Part shown: in pieces, positions 1 through 9,592 of the stretch | Numbering within the stretch: the stretch's first letter is position 1 | Layout of the letters: each line of letters starts with the position of its first letter | NCBI GenBank assembly: GCA_048940925.1 | Contig: JBHLOC010000005.1 | Span: 16,978 to 80,977, forward strand | Reading direction: 5' to 3' | DNA length: 64,000 bases | From: Promethearchaeota archaeon | Lineage (GTDB): Archaea > Asgardarchaeota > Lokiarchaeia > Sigyniarchaeales > SOKP01 | Notes under the pieces: model-generated | Seen by the model: the letters and a program-made list of their open reading frames with translations, nothing else | Databases searched by the model: none | Told to the model about the DNA's origin: nothing | Made by a program: the position numbers and the translations under genes

Positions 1-18
1 TTAACTGGTCAACTTTAA
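1..18 (+). CDS. Probable 3' end of an upstream gene (..LTGQL*), possibly a paralog of the serine hydrolase at 9593-11104
   Basis: tggtcaactttaatttttatgttt (6-29) nearly matches tggtcaactctaatttttatgttt (11092-11115), which spans the ..SLGQL* stop. Confidence 0.35.
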   Translation, partial: LTGQL

Positions 19-205
19 TTTTTATGTTTCTCTACATCTTTAATATTTTTATATTCCCATTTCTCGTCAGGTACTCTCTAATAGATATTTACTCTAAGAC
101 TCCTTGTCATTGAAATCTTTCTTCAATTATCCTCTAAATTCGGTGTCATTTTTACTTACCATCTATATCATAAATTATAAATACTTAAGATTCCTAGTGT
201 TTCTT

Positions 206-336
206 ATGGGAAAATGTCCATATTGCAATAAAGGGCTTCATATAGAGGATTTTTCGTAGTCAATCAAAAAGAGATAAAGTTAGGAAAAATTAGGACGACA
301 ATCGAGACACATGAGTTTGAAATAGAATGGATTTAA
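206..336 (+). pseudogene. Frameshifted small CxxC zinc-ribbon protein remnant
   Basis: ATG at 206 gives MGKCPYCNKGLHIEDF then TAG at 257. A -1 shift in the T-run (250-254) continues FVVNQKEIKLGKIRTT to TAA at 336. Confidence 0.5.
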
Positions 337-1037
337 ACCAAAAAAAAAGGTTGAAAAAGGTTTTAAAACATCTAAAGAAGTTAGTAATTTCGATATTCCT
401 TGTGGTTTTAATATGGAGTATTTATATCGGAATTCTTTTTAAAGAAAATCCAAGATTAAATTGCAAGACAATGGTAAATGAGGAAATTACATGGGAAATT
501 GAAAAATTTGAACCAACTGAAACATATCCAGGTGAAATTTATATAAAATTTTTCATCAAATATGAAATCTGGATAAACACTCCTTTACCCTTTATACATA
601 GCTTTGATGGGTGCCATTTAAAACCAAAAGCGGAAGCAATCCTTACAAATACATCTATATCAGATAAAACATTGTTTTATAGCTATGGTTGTTATTTAGC
701 GACAGTACCAGTATTTTATACACCTGGAATTACTCATAAATCAGGATCTATCCATTTTAGGATTAATTACACGGAAATATCAGGATTACCTGAAGGACTT
801 TACACCTTTTGGATAGATTTTGGCGATTTGTACGGGAGAGATGGTATTATAGAATCCTATAAAACCTATATGAGTGTCTCCGAAGATGGAACATCGGTTT
901 ATTCTGATGATACTGTTGATTATACGGTCTGGTTTTGGAGAGGATTTATAACTTCTGCAGCCATTATAACCGGGATTATTTTGATAATTTATATTGGATT
1001 AGTATTTAAAGATAAAATAATCAAACGTCTTAAATAA
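327..1037 (+). CDS. Hypothetical membrane protein (N- and C-terminal TM helices flanking a beta-rich domain)
   Basis: 236-aa ORF with two hydrophobic segments and basic flanks. Confidence 0.75.
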   Translation: MDLNQKKRLKKVLKHLKKLVISIFLVVLIWSIYIGILFKENPRLNCKTMVNEEITWEIEKFEPTETYPGEIYIKFFIKYEIWINTPLPFIHSFDGCHLKPKAEAILTNTSISDKTLFYSYGCYLATVPVFYTPGITHKSGSIHFRINYTEISGLPEGLYTFWIDFGDLYGRDGIIESYKTYMSVSEDGTSVYSDDTVDYTVWFWRGFITSAAIITGIILIIYIGLVFKDKIIKRLK

Positions 1038-1158
1038 ATAGTTTCTTCTATAGAAAAATCCTAGATTATTACTTGCTTATGATGGATTAAGAATAGATTC
1101 ATGAGTTCTATTAAAGATTTTGGGCTACTATCATTTTCTTTTTAAAGTTTTTCAAAGA

Positions 1159-1197
1159 AATTTTCATGAAAATCAGACTCTGAAGTTAACTTTCCAT
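1159..1197 (+). repeat. 39-bp intergenic motif, copy 1 (most diverged)
   Basis: aattttcatgaaaatcagactctgaagttaactttccat. Confidence 0.8.
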
Positions 1198-1707
1198 TCT
1201 AGATGTGTTAAATGCAATTGGCAAAAGTCTTTAAATTTATAGTAATACTTTTTTTATAGATTCTAAAATTGAGATGTAAATCAATTTAGAGATATTATGC
1301 TAAAGATCTATGATCTTTATCAATAATTTGTAATATAATAAGGTGGTATCTAAAAGAAAAAATAGGATTAGTTTAAATTTAAATTTTGAAAATTTAAAGA
1401 GAAAGTGAAAGAGATGTATTTCAAAACTATTTATACAAATGAAAAGACATATTGGATAGGATTTCTTTATGCTGAAACATATATGGAAACTAAAAATAAA
1501 AAAGGGGAAAATGAACATGTATAACGAAATTTTTGTTATTCTTAATTTATCAGCGTTTTGCTGAACAATTAAAATGCTTTTGATGTTCTGAAACATGTTT
1601 GAGATTCCAAATCATCAGTTATTCCCCTCCCTACTCAAAAATTTAAAGATAAGTTTTATTTTTAATAGAACAAAAAAAATTGTCTCTTTCTTTAAAGATT
1701 TCTATTA

Positions 1708-1729
1708 TTCTTTATACTTTCTTAATCGA
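1708..1729 (+). repeat. 22-bp direct repeat, copy A
   Basis: ttctttatactttcttaatcga, identical to 4414-4435. Confidence 0.8.
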
Positions 1730-1835
1730 TATAAATTTTTCAAATATACTTTCTATCCCTAACATAAAATTAAAAAAGAATTTAACAAAATAGATTAATA
1801 TATACAAATCTGGAAAAAAAAATTAAAGTGGTATT

Positions 1836-2570
1836 ATGGAAGAAAAGCTTAATACGATGTATAAAATTGTCCAAGGACTACTAGGTGATATTGTCCCTTC
1901 AAAAACAGCCTTAATTATAGTTGATATGCAAAAATATCAAGTAAAGAAAGATTATGTTCCATATAAATTAGCTAACAAAATTGCTCCAGGAGTTTTCGAT
2001 TATTTTGTAAATGAAGTAGAAAACAAGGTTATTCCAAATCTACAAAAATTAATTAACTTTTGTCATGAAGTTGGAATCACTGTAATATACACAAAATATT
2101 CAAGTTTTATGCCTGATGGAAGTGATCTCTCTAAAAACCTTAAAATTATAAATCAAACCAGTAAAAGTCTCGTAGGAGAAGTTAATTTTCCTTATATCTC
2201 TCACCCTAGCTCTGATATAATTGATGAATTAAAGCCTGAAGATGGAGATATTGTACTACAAAAAAACACGAGTGGAACTTTTATCTCAACAAGGCTTGAT
2301 AGTCTCTTAAAAAATATGGAAATTGAAACAGTTCTAGTCTCTGGAGTTGTAACGAATTTTTGTGTCCATGCTACAGCTCGAGAAGCAAGTGATTATGGAT
2401 TTCAAACGATTATTGTGGAAGATTGTTGTGCAGCCTGGTCTGAAGATATCCATTTAGCAATACTAAAATCATTTGGATTAATTTATGGGAGTATATTACC
2501 ATATGAAAAAGTAATAAAAAAAATCTCAAGAACTATGAAAAAAGCTAAAAAACAATTATTAACTCATTAA
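1836..2570 (+). CDS. Isochorismatase-family cysteine hydrolase
   Basis: ALIIVDMQ, K in LQKNTSGTF and GVVTNFCV give an intact Asp-Lys-Cys triad. Confidence 0.92.
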   Translation: MEEKLNTMYKIVQGLLGDIVPSKTALIIVDMQKYQVKKDYVPYKLANKIAPGVFDYFVNEVENKVIPNLQKLINFCHEVGITVIYTKYSSFMPDGSDLSKNLKIINQTSKSLVGEVNFPYISHPSSDIIDELKPEDGDIVLQKNTSGTFISTRLDSLLKNMEIETVLVSGVVTNFCVHATAREASDYGFQTIIVEDCCAAWSEDIHLAILKSFGLIYGSILPYEKVIKKISRTMKKAKKQLLTH

Positions 2571-2702
2571 ATTTATTGACTAGGATTACTTTAAAATGAT
2601 ATTAAGTAATTATTTAATTTTATTTTCTCTTTCTATTTTTCTTAAAATTTTATTGCAATAATTTACGGAATTTATATAGTTTCCAAATACTTAGATTGCA
2701 AT

Positions 2703-3485
2703 ATGGAGAATGATCGATTAAAGTCAATTCGAGTAATTACTGATAATGAAGCTATTTTCTATGATTACATTAAAAATAACTTCGCTGAGTACTTATTTTT
2801 CCACGTTGACTATGCTCAATATCCAGAAAGCACTGAAATATATATGGCGTTAGATAATGAAGAAAAAATTCAAGGAATGGTCTTAATCTGGAAAGAACGG
2901 AGAATTGAATTGAGAGGATCTATAGAAAGTCTTGAATTTTTATTAAGTGTAAAGCATTATAAACCGATATCTATATCTGGATTTGATAACCATAGGGAAT
3001 TGATTTCAAGATATTTCCCAGATTATAAAAAAAAAATTGCAAGGTATCGAATGAGGTTAAAAAAAGGAGATCAAAAGGATTTTGAGAAATACACATTTGA
3101 TGTACTTTCTGATTCTCATAAAGAAGATATAACATCCTTAATGAGAATAGCTGATCCTATTTTCTGGGGTTCAAGCGAGCCAGAGAATATCATGATTGAT
3201 GAAAATAATATATGGTATGGTATAGTGGAAAAAAAAAAATTGAGATGTATGATTGGGATATTGAAATATCAAAAGATAGGATATGTAACAACTGTTGCAA
3301 CTCACCCAGACTACTGGACCCAAGGATATGCAAGTTCGTTAATATCGTCGGCCTTAAAAGATTTATTTCGAGAAAAAGAACAATGTTTCCTCAATGTAAG
3401 GGTCGCCAATGCTCCTGCTATCCATACCTACAAAAAATTAGGATTTTCAATTTGCAATACTCATTATTCTTATGAGAGATTGTGA
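2703..3485 (+). CDS. GNAT-family acetyltransferase (C-terminal GNAT domain)
   Basis: VATHPDYWTQGYAS and NAPAIHTYKKLGF motifs. Confidence 0.9.
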   Translation: MENDRLKSIRVITDNEAIFYDYIKNNFAEYLFFHVDYAQYPESTEIYMALDNEEKIQGMVLIWKERRIELRGSIESLEFLLSVKHYKPISISGFDNHRELISRYFPDYKKKIARYRMRLKKGDQKDFEKYTFDVLSDSHKEDITSLMRIADPIFWGSSEPENIMIDENNIWYGIVEKKKLRCMIGILKYQKIGYVTTVATHPDYWTQGYASSLISSALKDLFREKEQCFLNVRVANAPAIHTYKKLGFSICNTHYSYERL

Positions 3486-3499
3486 TATTTATACCAATT

Positions 3500-3762
3500 T
3501 TGTATCTTGATTTTTTAAGCGAGGGGATATAATTACTGATGGTAAATTTTAATACGTTATTCACTTGAATTTTCAATGAAATTAATCTCTGAATAATTAA
3601 AGACATAGGAGCATTAGGAGAGAGGTAATTTTTATTGTATTCAATATTAAACGATCTACGATCCTGATTAAGATTAATAGTAGATATAGATGTTAATGAG
3701 AAAGCGAAAAGAGTTCCTAAAATGATTAAGTTTGATTTTATGTTCCATTTTTTTTCACTCAT
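3500..3762 (-). pseudogene. Truncated N-terminus of a secreted/surface protein
   Basis: Signal-peptide-like start MSEKKWNIKSNLIILGTLFAFSL. The frame then runs into the convergent GNAT gene; the 3' limit is approximate. Confidence 0.35.
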
Positions 3763-4041
3763 ACCATTTAATTTTCGCCAAGAGTGTATTATCTCTTAAA
3801 TAAAATGAAACAAATCAATACTTAACATTTTTGTCAATTATTCTGAGCTTGAAAAAATTTTTTTCCTTTTCTACTTAGCGAAGATACTTCAGATAATTCT
3901 CTTATTTTAAAGAAATTTACATCTTTAGGATTCTACAATTACGTAAAATTTTAAATGCCTTGTCAATAAATTATACTTTATACCGAAATCTAATCCAAAA
4001 AAAATAAATTTAAAAATCAAATTATAAGGTGGTAAATAAAA

Positions 4042-4356
4042 ATGATGTTTATTACATATTGGGAGATAAATCCTGATTTTGATCCAGCAGAATTGGCTGA
4101 AATAGCTCAGGAACTTATAAGCAAAAAGGTGTACCCTGCTGAAGGTGTTAAAGAACATGCATTTTATATTAGTACCTCTGATTATTGGGGTATTGGTATA
4201 GATGAGGCCGATAGTGAAGAAGCTCTGGCAAGAAATGTTAATATGTGGAGAATTGCTAAACCTGGTTTTATTAAATTCATAAAATCCACTCCTGCAATGG
4301 AAGTTGTTAAAATACTCCCAGTATTAGTAAAGTTGAAAAAACAAATAAAAGGGTAA
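4042..4356 (+). CDS. Small dimeric alpha/beta-barrel protein (DUF3303-like)
   Basis: MFITYWEIN..WGIGIDEADSEEAL..TPAM pattern; GGTGG RBS upstream. Confidence 0.7.
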   Translation: MMFITYWEINPDFDPAELAEIAQELISKKVYPAEGVKEHAFYISTSDYWGIGIDEADSEEALARNVNMWRIAKPGFIKFIKSTPAMEVVKILPVLVKLKKQIKG

Positions 4357-4413
4357 TAATAAAGAAATTTTAGATCCTTCTGAAAAATTTTTAGCTCTTT
4401 AAATTCAATTTTT

Positions 4414-4435
4414 TTCTTTATACTTTCTTAATCGA
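4414..4435 (+). repeat. 22-bp direct repeat, copy B
   Basis: Identical to 1708-1729. Confidence 0.8.
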
Positions 4436-4551
4436 ACAAAAAGAAGAACTCAAAATTTTAAAAATATATATCTAATCTTAATATTAAGCTTCTTTAACTT
4501 AAAAGATTATGTAGGAGAGTCAGACTCTTTAGTAGTCTTATTTTTCGTAGA

Positions 4552-4590
4552 AATTTTCATTGAAATCAGGTGCTGAATTTACCTTTCCAT
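4552..4590 (+). repeat. 39-bp intergenic motif, copy 2
   Basis: aattttcattgaaatcaggtgctgaatttacctttccat. Confidence 0.92.
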
Positions 4591-4623
4591 AAACTTTAGT
4601 GGAAGTAAAAAAAAAGCTCAAAA

Positions 4624-5592
4624 TTATTCCCATAAATTTGAAGGTTCAAATATATTTGAATAATAAGGTCGTAGAAATTTCTGCACGCTATAACACAAAT
4701 GACACTTATCGGCATAACCCTTTAATGGCTTATATCCTTTTTCAATAGCCAGCTCAAGGAGACTACCCACCCCTCCTTTACCCATGACTTTGCCTATTAT
4801 AGGATGTTTTCTTGGCTTAAACTCACTAATTATTTTTAATAACGAATCTTTTTTAGCATTTCCCAAACAAATACCTTGACATCCTTGGCTGAAAACCCAT
4901 CCATTAGGATCTATCATATACATAGGCGCCCTAAATATAGAGCACCTTTCTGAAGGTATGGAATTCATCGGATAATATTCTAAAAGATTTTTTATGGCTC
5001 GTCCTTTTACCTGTATTGGACTTTTTATTATTTGGCAGAACTTAAACTCATTATAGATGCTTTTACATATCTTGTTTGTTTCGTTATTGAAAGAATTTGA
5101 TTCATTTGGGGCACCTACAACTTGGGCAATAATAAGAATATTTTCTATCTCCGCTTTATGGGCTGCTTTAATTGCCTGCTTTACATTTTTAAGAGGAATA
5201 AACTCTTGGTGGAAGGCATCAACACTAAACCCAATTAATTTAACTCCAACTTCTTTTAGTTTTTGAGCATATTTCTTAGCAATCTCATCATCCTTACCCC
5301 AATAACCATTAGTTGGTAATCCTATCTTCGAAATATCAAACTTTTTTGCCTCTTCAATGAGACGGATTAATAAATTAAAGTATAATAGTGGTTCGCCACC
5401 AAAAAAATTAACCTCACATATATTATAATTTTGAGTAATATCTTCCAAATACTTTCTTACATCCTCCGGTTGAATCGTAATATCTTCTTGATTCGGAGAT
5501 GCTTGAAGTGCACAATGTTTACATTCATTTGTACATTTGTAAGATACTAAAAAAGTAAGCATATTAATTGTTTTTTTCGTACTTTCACTCAT
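4624..5592 (-). CDS. Radical SAM protein with C-terminal Cys-rich (SPASM-like) region
   Basis: CTNECKHC (CxxxCxxC), GGEP, TNG, SVD motifs and C-terminal CHLC. Confidence 0.93.
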   Translation of the reverse strand: MSESTKKTINMLTFLVSYKCTNECKHCALQASPNQEDITIQPEDVRKYLEDITQNYNICEVNFFGGEPLLYFNLLIRLIEEAKKFDISKIGLPTNGYWGKDDEIAKKYAQKLKEVGVKLIGFSVDAFHQEFIPLKNVKQAIKAAHKAEIENILIIAQVVGAPNESNSFNNETNKICKSIYNEFKFCQIIKSPIQVKGRAIKNLLEYYPMNSIPSERCSIFRAPMYMIDPNGWVFSQGCQGICLGNAKKDSLLKIISEFKPRKHPIIGKVMGKGGVGSLLELAIEKGYKPLKGYADKCHLCYSVQKFLRPYYSNIFEPSNLWE

Positions 5593-5599
5593 ATTTATT

Positions 5600-6181
5600 T
5601 CACCTTTTTTTCTTCATTTCCTCCTTAATTTTCAAAATCGTTTCATCAAAATCTTTAATATAACCATTCATTCTTTCTATATTCTCTTTAATTGAAGCTC
5701 TCATATCTTCAAGTAGTTTGAGTCTTTCCTGAAGTGTTAAGTTTCCCTTAAACTTGTCTGGTTTCATTGCTGTTGGCAACATTTGTATATTTGGCACATC
5801 TTCGTAATGTTCAAGTTCTTCAATATCAATAGAACCTCCATTTTGTATAGCAGATGACAAAAAGCGACGATACATCTTTCTTATCTTTCTTTGAGACTGT
5901 CTCATAAGTTTAAGGGCTTGACTCCCCATATCCGTAATTTCATATATCTTTTTGTTCTTTTCTTCTTCTTTTATCCTTATAAATCCTTTCTCCCTTTGAT
6001 TATTTAATATCCAATATAAGGATGATGCAGTAGGTTTCCACATTCCTAAAGTGCGTTTTTCAATCTCTAATCCTATTTTATATCCATGAGAAGGACTAAT
6101 CTCAAGAATAGAAAGAACAAAAATATTTACAAAATTCTTTTTCAACACTTTTTCAAAGTTTTTGTGATAATTTTCAACCAT
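5600..6181 (-). CDS. PadR-family transcriptional regulator
   Basis: HGYKI..SLYWIL..KKIYEITDMG winged helix plus C-terminal coiled coil. Confidence 0.9.
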   Translation of the reverse strand: MVENYHKNFEKVLKKNFVNIFVLSILEISPSHGYKIGLEIEKRTLGMWKPTASSLYWILNNQREKGFIRIKEEEKNKKIYEITDMGSQALKLMRQSQRKIRKMYRRFLSSAIQNGGSIDIEELEHYEDVPNIQMLPTAMKPDKFKGNLTLQERLKLLEDMRASIKENIERMNGYIKDFDETILKIKEEMKKKR

Positions 6182-6229
6182 TTTTACTTAAACTCAAATT
6201 TAATTTATATTTGATTATAGATATTATTA

Positions 6230-6252
6230 CAGTCACCGTATTACAGTGACTG
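6230..6252. promoter_or_regulatory. Palindromic operator candidate upstream of padR
   Basis: CAGTCACcGTA-T-TACaGTGACTG near-perfect dyad about 50 bp upstream of the padR start. Confidence 0.6.
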
Positions 6253-6455
6253 ATATATCTTTTTAATATTTAAAATTAATCTATAATCCAATTTCCAAAG
6301 AATAGGGGATTACTTTCAAATAGGTTTAAAACTCATTTTTGCCTTAAATAATATAAGACAAAATAAGCAATATTTTATCTCTAAAAAATATTTAATCACA
6401 TGACAGTGAATTTTATATATGCTTTTTAAGCTAAATTATATTATTTTTTCAAATA

Positions 6456-6494
6456 AATTTTCATTCAAATCAGACGCTGAATTTACCTTTCCAT
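6456..6494 (+). repeat. 39-bp intergenic motif, copy 3
   Basis: aattttcattcaaatcagacgctgaatttacctttccat. Confidence 0.92.
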
Positions 6495-6526
6495 AAATTT
6501 TAGTGGAAGAAAAAAAAAGCTCAAAA

Positions 6527-6660
6527 TTAGTCCCATATATTTGAAATTTCAAGTATATTTGGATAATAAGATCGTAGAAATTTCTGTGCGCTATAACACA
6601 CATGAGATTTATCTGCATATCCCTCTAATGGTTCATACCCTTTTTTAAGGGCTAGTTCAC
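6527..6660 (-). pseudogene. 3' fragment of a paralog of the radical SAM gene
   Basis: ELALKKGYEPLEGYADKSHVCYSAQKFLRSYYPNILEISNIWD aligns with the C-terminus of 4624-5592; the downstream DNA is also duplicated. Confidence 0.85.
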
Positions 6661-6910
6661 CTCCGCTTAGATCCTTCATTAATATGTTTGATTTAAAAAA
6701 TAACAACTTGCCGTATGGACCTGTGCTGCAGGACAAACTGAAAAACCAATATTTCAAATTAAAAGGATTTTCGAAAATAATATAGTAGATACAATTCGCT
6801 TAATTGAACCACTCAAAAAGGATACCGATGAAGCAAAAGCGATAGAAAGGGCAAAAAAAATTGCTCACTCATAATTTAAAATTTTTATACTATTGTGTTT
6901 TTAAGCATTT

Positions 6911-8098
6911 ATGCCTAAGATTTTTGAAGGATTAAGAATCCTTGATTGTTCCCAATTTATTAGCGGTCCTTGGGCGAGTATATTTTTCGCTGACCAAGGA
7001 GCAGAAGTGATTAAAATTGAACCTCCTCCATTTGGAGAAAGCTTTCGACTTTTTACGGTATTCGATAAATCTATTTTTCCCTTATTTTCGATTTTAAATA
7101 GAGGTAAGAAATCGGTTTCTTTAGATTTGAGAAAGGATGCCGCTAAAGAAATATTTAAAAAACTCGTGAAAAAGTCCGATGTTCTTATTGAAAACTTTGT
7201 AAAAGGAACTATGGAGGGTTGGGGGCTTGGATACGATATTTTAAAGGAAATCAATCCAGAATTGATATACGCTAAGATTTCTGGATATGGAAACGAAGGA
7301 GTAGACCAGTATACTAGCAAGACTGCTTTTGACATCGTGATTCAAGCGAATTCAGGTGTCTTAGACGCGATGGATATTCACGAAGGACCACCTAAATTGC
7401 CCTTTGCAGATTATACTGCTGGCCATGTATGCGCGATCGGGATAAGCCAAGCACTCTATTACAGAGAAAGAACGGGAAAAGGGCAATTTATTGATATTTC
7501 TATGCATGATCTTATGTTTGCGATTAATATAAGAAGTCAGGCAAAAGAATTCATAGGGTTGGCTTCAAAGCTTGATAGTTCTAAATGGTTACCTATTTAT
7601 AACCAATATCCGTGTAAGGATGGACTCATCGCAATGACAACGCTTACAGAAGGCCAGTGGGTTCGATTATGTGAGGGTGTTTTAAAGAAACCTGAATTGG
7701 TTAAAGACCCACGGTTCGACAATGTAATCAAAAGATTTGACGAAGTTGCAGTTCTGGATGATATCATAGTAGAATGGTCGAAGAACCTTACTAGAGACGA
7801 AGCTATTGAACAATTAGAGGCCGTGCGTATTCCTTGCGCAAAATCATTAAAGATGACTGAGGTTCACCAACATCCCAACCTTAAGGCTAGAGGGATGATG
7901 GTTGACCACTTTGACTTCAGCAAGTGGGGAGTAGAAAAAGCAACAATACCAAACCGTTTAATTAAATTTTCCGAGACAGAGGGGAGTGTAGAAGCTCCAG
8001 GACCAGAGTATGGTAATAATAACGAAGAAATTTACTGCGATTTGTTAAACTACCCGAAGGAAGAGCTGAAAAAGTGGAAAAGAAAAAAAATTATTTAA
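6911..8098 (+). CDS. CoA-transferase family III (CaiB/BaiF)
   Basis: GLRILD..GP..ADQGAEVIKIEPP, LNRGKKSV, DVLIENF, catalytic D in PFADYTAG. Confidence 0.95.
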   Translation: MPKIFEGLRILDCSQFISGPWASIFFADQGAEVIKIEPPPFGESFRLFTVFDKSIFPLFSILNRGKKSVSLDLRKDAAKEIFKKLVKKSDVLIENFVKGTMEGWGLGYDILKEINPELIYAKISGYGNEGVDQYTSKTAFDIVIQANSGVLDAMDIHEGPPKLPFADYTAGHVCAIGISQALYYRERTGKGQFIDISMHDLMFAINIRSQAKEFIGLASKLDSSKWLPIYNQYPCKDGLIAMTTLTEGQWVRLCEGVLKKPELVKDPRFDNVIKRFDEVAVLDDIIVEWSKNLTRDEAIEQLEAVRIPCAKSLKMTEVHQHPNLKARGMMVDHFDFSKWGVEKATIPNRLIKFSETEGSVEAPGPEYGNNNEEIYCDLLNYPKEELKKWKRKKII

Positions 8099-8247
8099 AT
8101 TTAATCCCACATATTTGAATTCTTCGTGGAGTGGATCTGACATCTTTTTATTATGAGTAATAATCGGATTTAAAAATTAAAAAGATACATTTCCTTAAAA
8201 GCATCTGCACTACAATTTTGGTTTAAGAATTTTTAGTTTTTAAAAGG

Positions 8248-8286
8248 AATTTTCATTGAAATCAGACGCTGAATTTACCTTTACAT
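8248..8286 (+). repeat. 39-bp intergenic motif, copy 4
   Basis: aattttcattgaaatcagacgctgaatttacctttacat. Confidence 0.92.
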
Positions 8287-8352
8287 GCATCTTTCAACTG
8301 ATATGAAAACCACAATCGCCGAATCGAAACCAGAGAAAATATTTCCAGAAAC

Positions 8353-9003
8353 TTAAGGTAATGAAAGAACTCGTACTTCAATTTCTTTTTCATCTTTGAG
8401 TAAATCAACCAACTCTTGTGGATTAGTTTTCCCTTGATGGTATGGATATACAATTCGTGGTCGTATTACCTTTACACATTCTGCTACTTCGTCGGGAGTC
8501 ATTGTATAAGGCAAATTCATTGGTAGAAAAGCAATGTCTATATCTCTTAATTCCTTCATTTCGGGAATACATTCAGTATCCCCCGCAATATATACCCGTT
8601 TACTAGCAAACGTTATGATATATCCATTTCCTTCACCTTTTGGATGAAATTTCACACCCAGACTCCGTTCTCTTACGATATTATATGCAGGAACTGCTTC
8701 TATTATTAATCCTTCTATTTCTCTTCTATCACCATTCTTCATTACAATATAATCTGTTAATTGCGTTCCACATAATTCCGTTCCAATTATTTTTGTATTA
8801 GTTTTTTTTAAACGATTGATCAAATTTGATTCCAAATGGTCTCCGTGATGATGAGTAATGAGAATTAGATCAGCTTGAGGATACTTACTATAATCAGTCC
8901 GGCTGATAGGATCAACATGAATGACCAAACCCCGGAATTTAAACATTATACTTCCATGAATCGTTGGTGTAGTAATTAATTCATCTTTTGAAACCTCTAC
9001 CAA
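8353..9003 (-). CDS. Metallo-beta-lactamase-fold hydrolase
   Basis: THHHGDH, YIAGDT, PYH motifs. Confidence 0.92.
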   Translation of the reverse strand: MVEVSKDELITTPTIHGSIMFKFRGLVIHVDPISRTDYSKYPQADLILITHHHGDHLESNLINRLKKTNTKIIGTELCGTQLTDYIVMKNGDRREIEGLIIEAVPAYNIVRERSLGVKFHPKGEGNGYIITFASKRVYIAGDTECIPEMKELRDIDIAFLPMNLPYTMTPDEVAECVKVIRPRIVYPYHQGKTNPQELVDLLKDEKEIEVRVLSLP

Positions 9004-9048
9004 TTTTCTATTCTCCTCTTATTATTTATTAATATGGTTGAGTTATTC

Positions 9049-9315
9049 TTATGATTCAATTTTTGTTCGAGTAACTTTGAAAACTACGGGATTATTCGGA
9101 TCTGGACAACAAACCATTGTTGTATCCTTATCTTGGGACCAAGGAAAAGAACCATCAAATCTTAATGTGGTGATAGACGGATAAATCGAATTATACGCAG
9201 ACTGGCAAATTTTACCGACATCATCGGGATATTTAAATTTATCACCAACTTTATGCCCTCGAGGGCATTCTCCCCTTTCGAGGATTTTAACAATTTCTAA
9301 AGAAATTTCATTCAT
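9049..9315 (-). CDS. Small Cys-rich protein (TIGR04076-like)
   Basis: GECPRGHKVGD..ICQSA..CCPDPNNPVVF. Start placed at the ATG after a GGTGG RBS; the ORF track extends to 9357. Confidence 0.85.
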   Translation of the reverse strand: MNEISLEIVKILERGECPRGHKVGDKFKYPDDVGKICQSAYNSIYPSITTLRFDGSFPWSQDKDTTMVCCPDPNNPVVFKVTRTKIES

Positions 9316-9427
9316 TATTTTTCCACCTTTTTTTGATATATAATTTAGTCTTTTCATTAATTAAACTATTTCTTATCTTAAAGAAGTTCTCCAATATATC
9401 TAAAAGTACTCTCAATTTTTTCAAAGG

Positions 9428-9466
9428 AATTCTCATTGAAATTAAACGCTGAATTTACCTTTCTAT
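9428..9466 (+). repeat. 39-bp intergenic motif, copy 5
   Basis: aattctcattgaaattaaacgctgaatttacctttctat. Confidence 0.9.
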
Positions 9467-9592
9467 TTGAGTGTTTTTTAAAATGAATTTTTATAGAAAT
9501 TTTATATAAGTGTTTAGTTATATAGTGAATAATTTTAAATCTTGAAAAACGCTAAATTCATTATTAGAAAAGAAGATTTAGGTTGAGTATTA

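Noticed and set aside
1300-1596. 98-aa minus-strand ORF
   Set aside because: Low-complexity F/I/L/K composition typical of AT-rich non-coding or decayed DNA.
4516-4528. Palindrome AGAGTC-A-GACTCT with a near copy at about 25652
   Set aside because: Only 13 bp and two instances; not distinguishable from chance.
1159-9466. 39-bp repeats as a CRISPR array or classical attC sites
   Set aside because: Spacing is 1.2-3.4 kb with whole genes between copies; no cas genes; no RYYYAAC/GTTRRRY ends.
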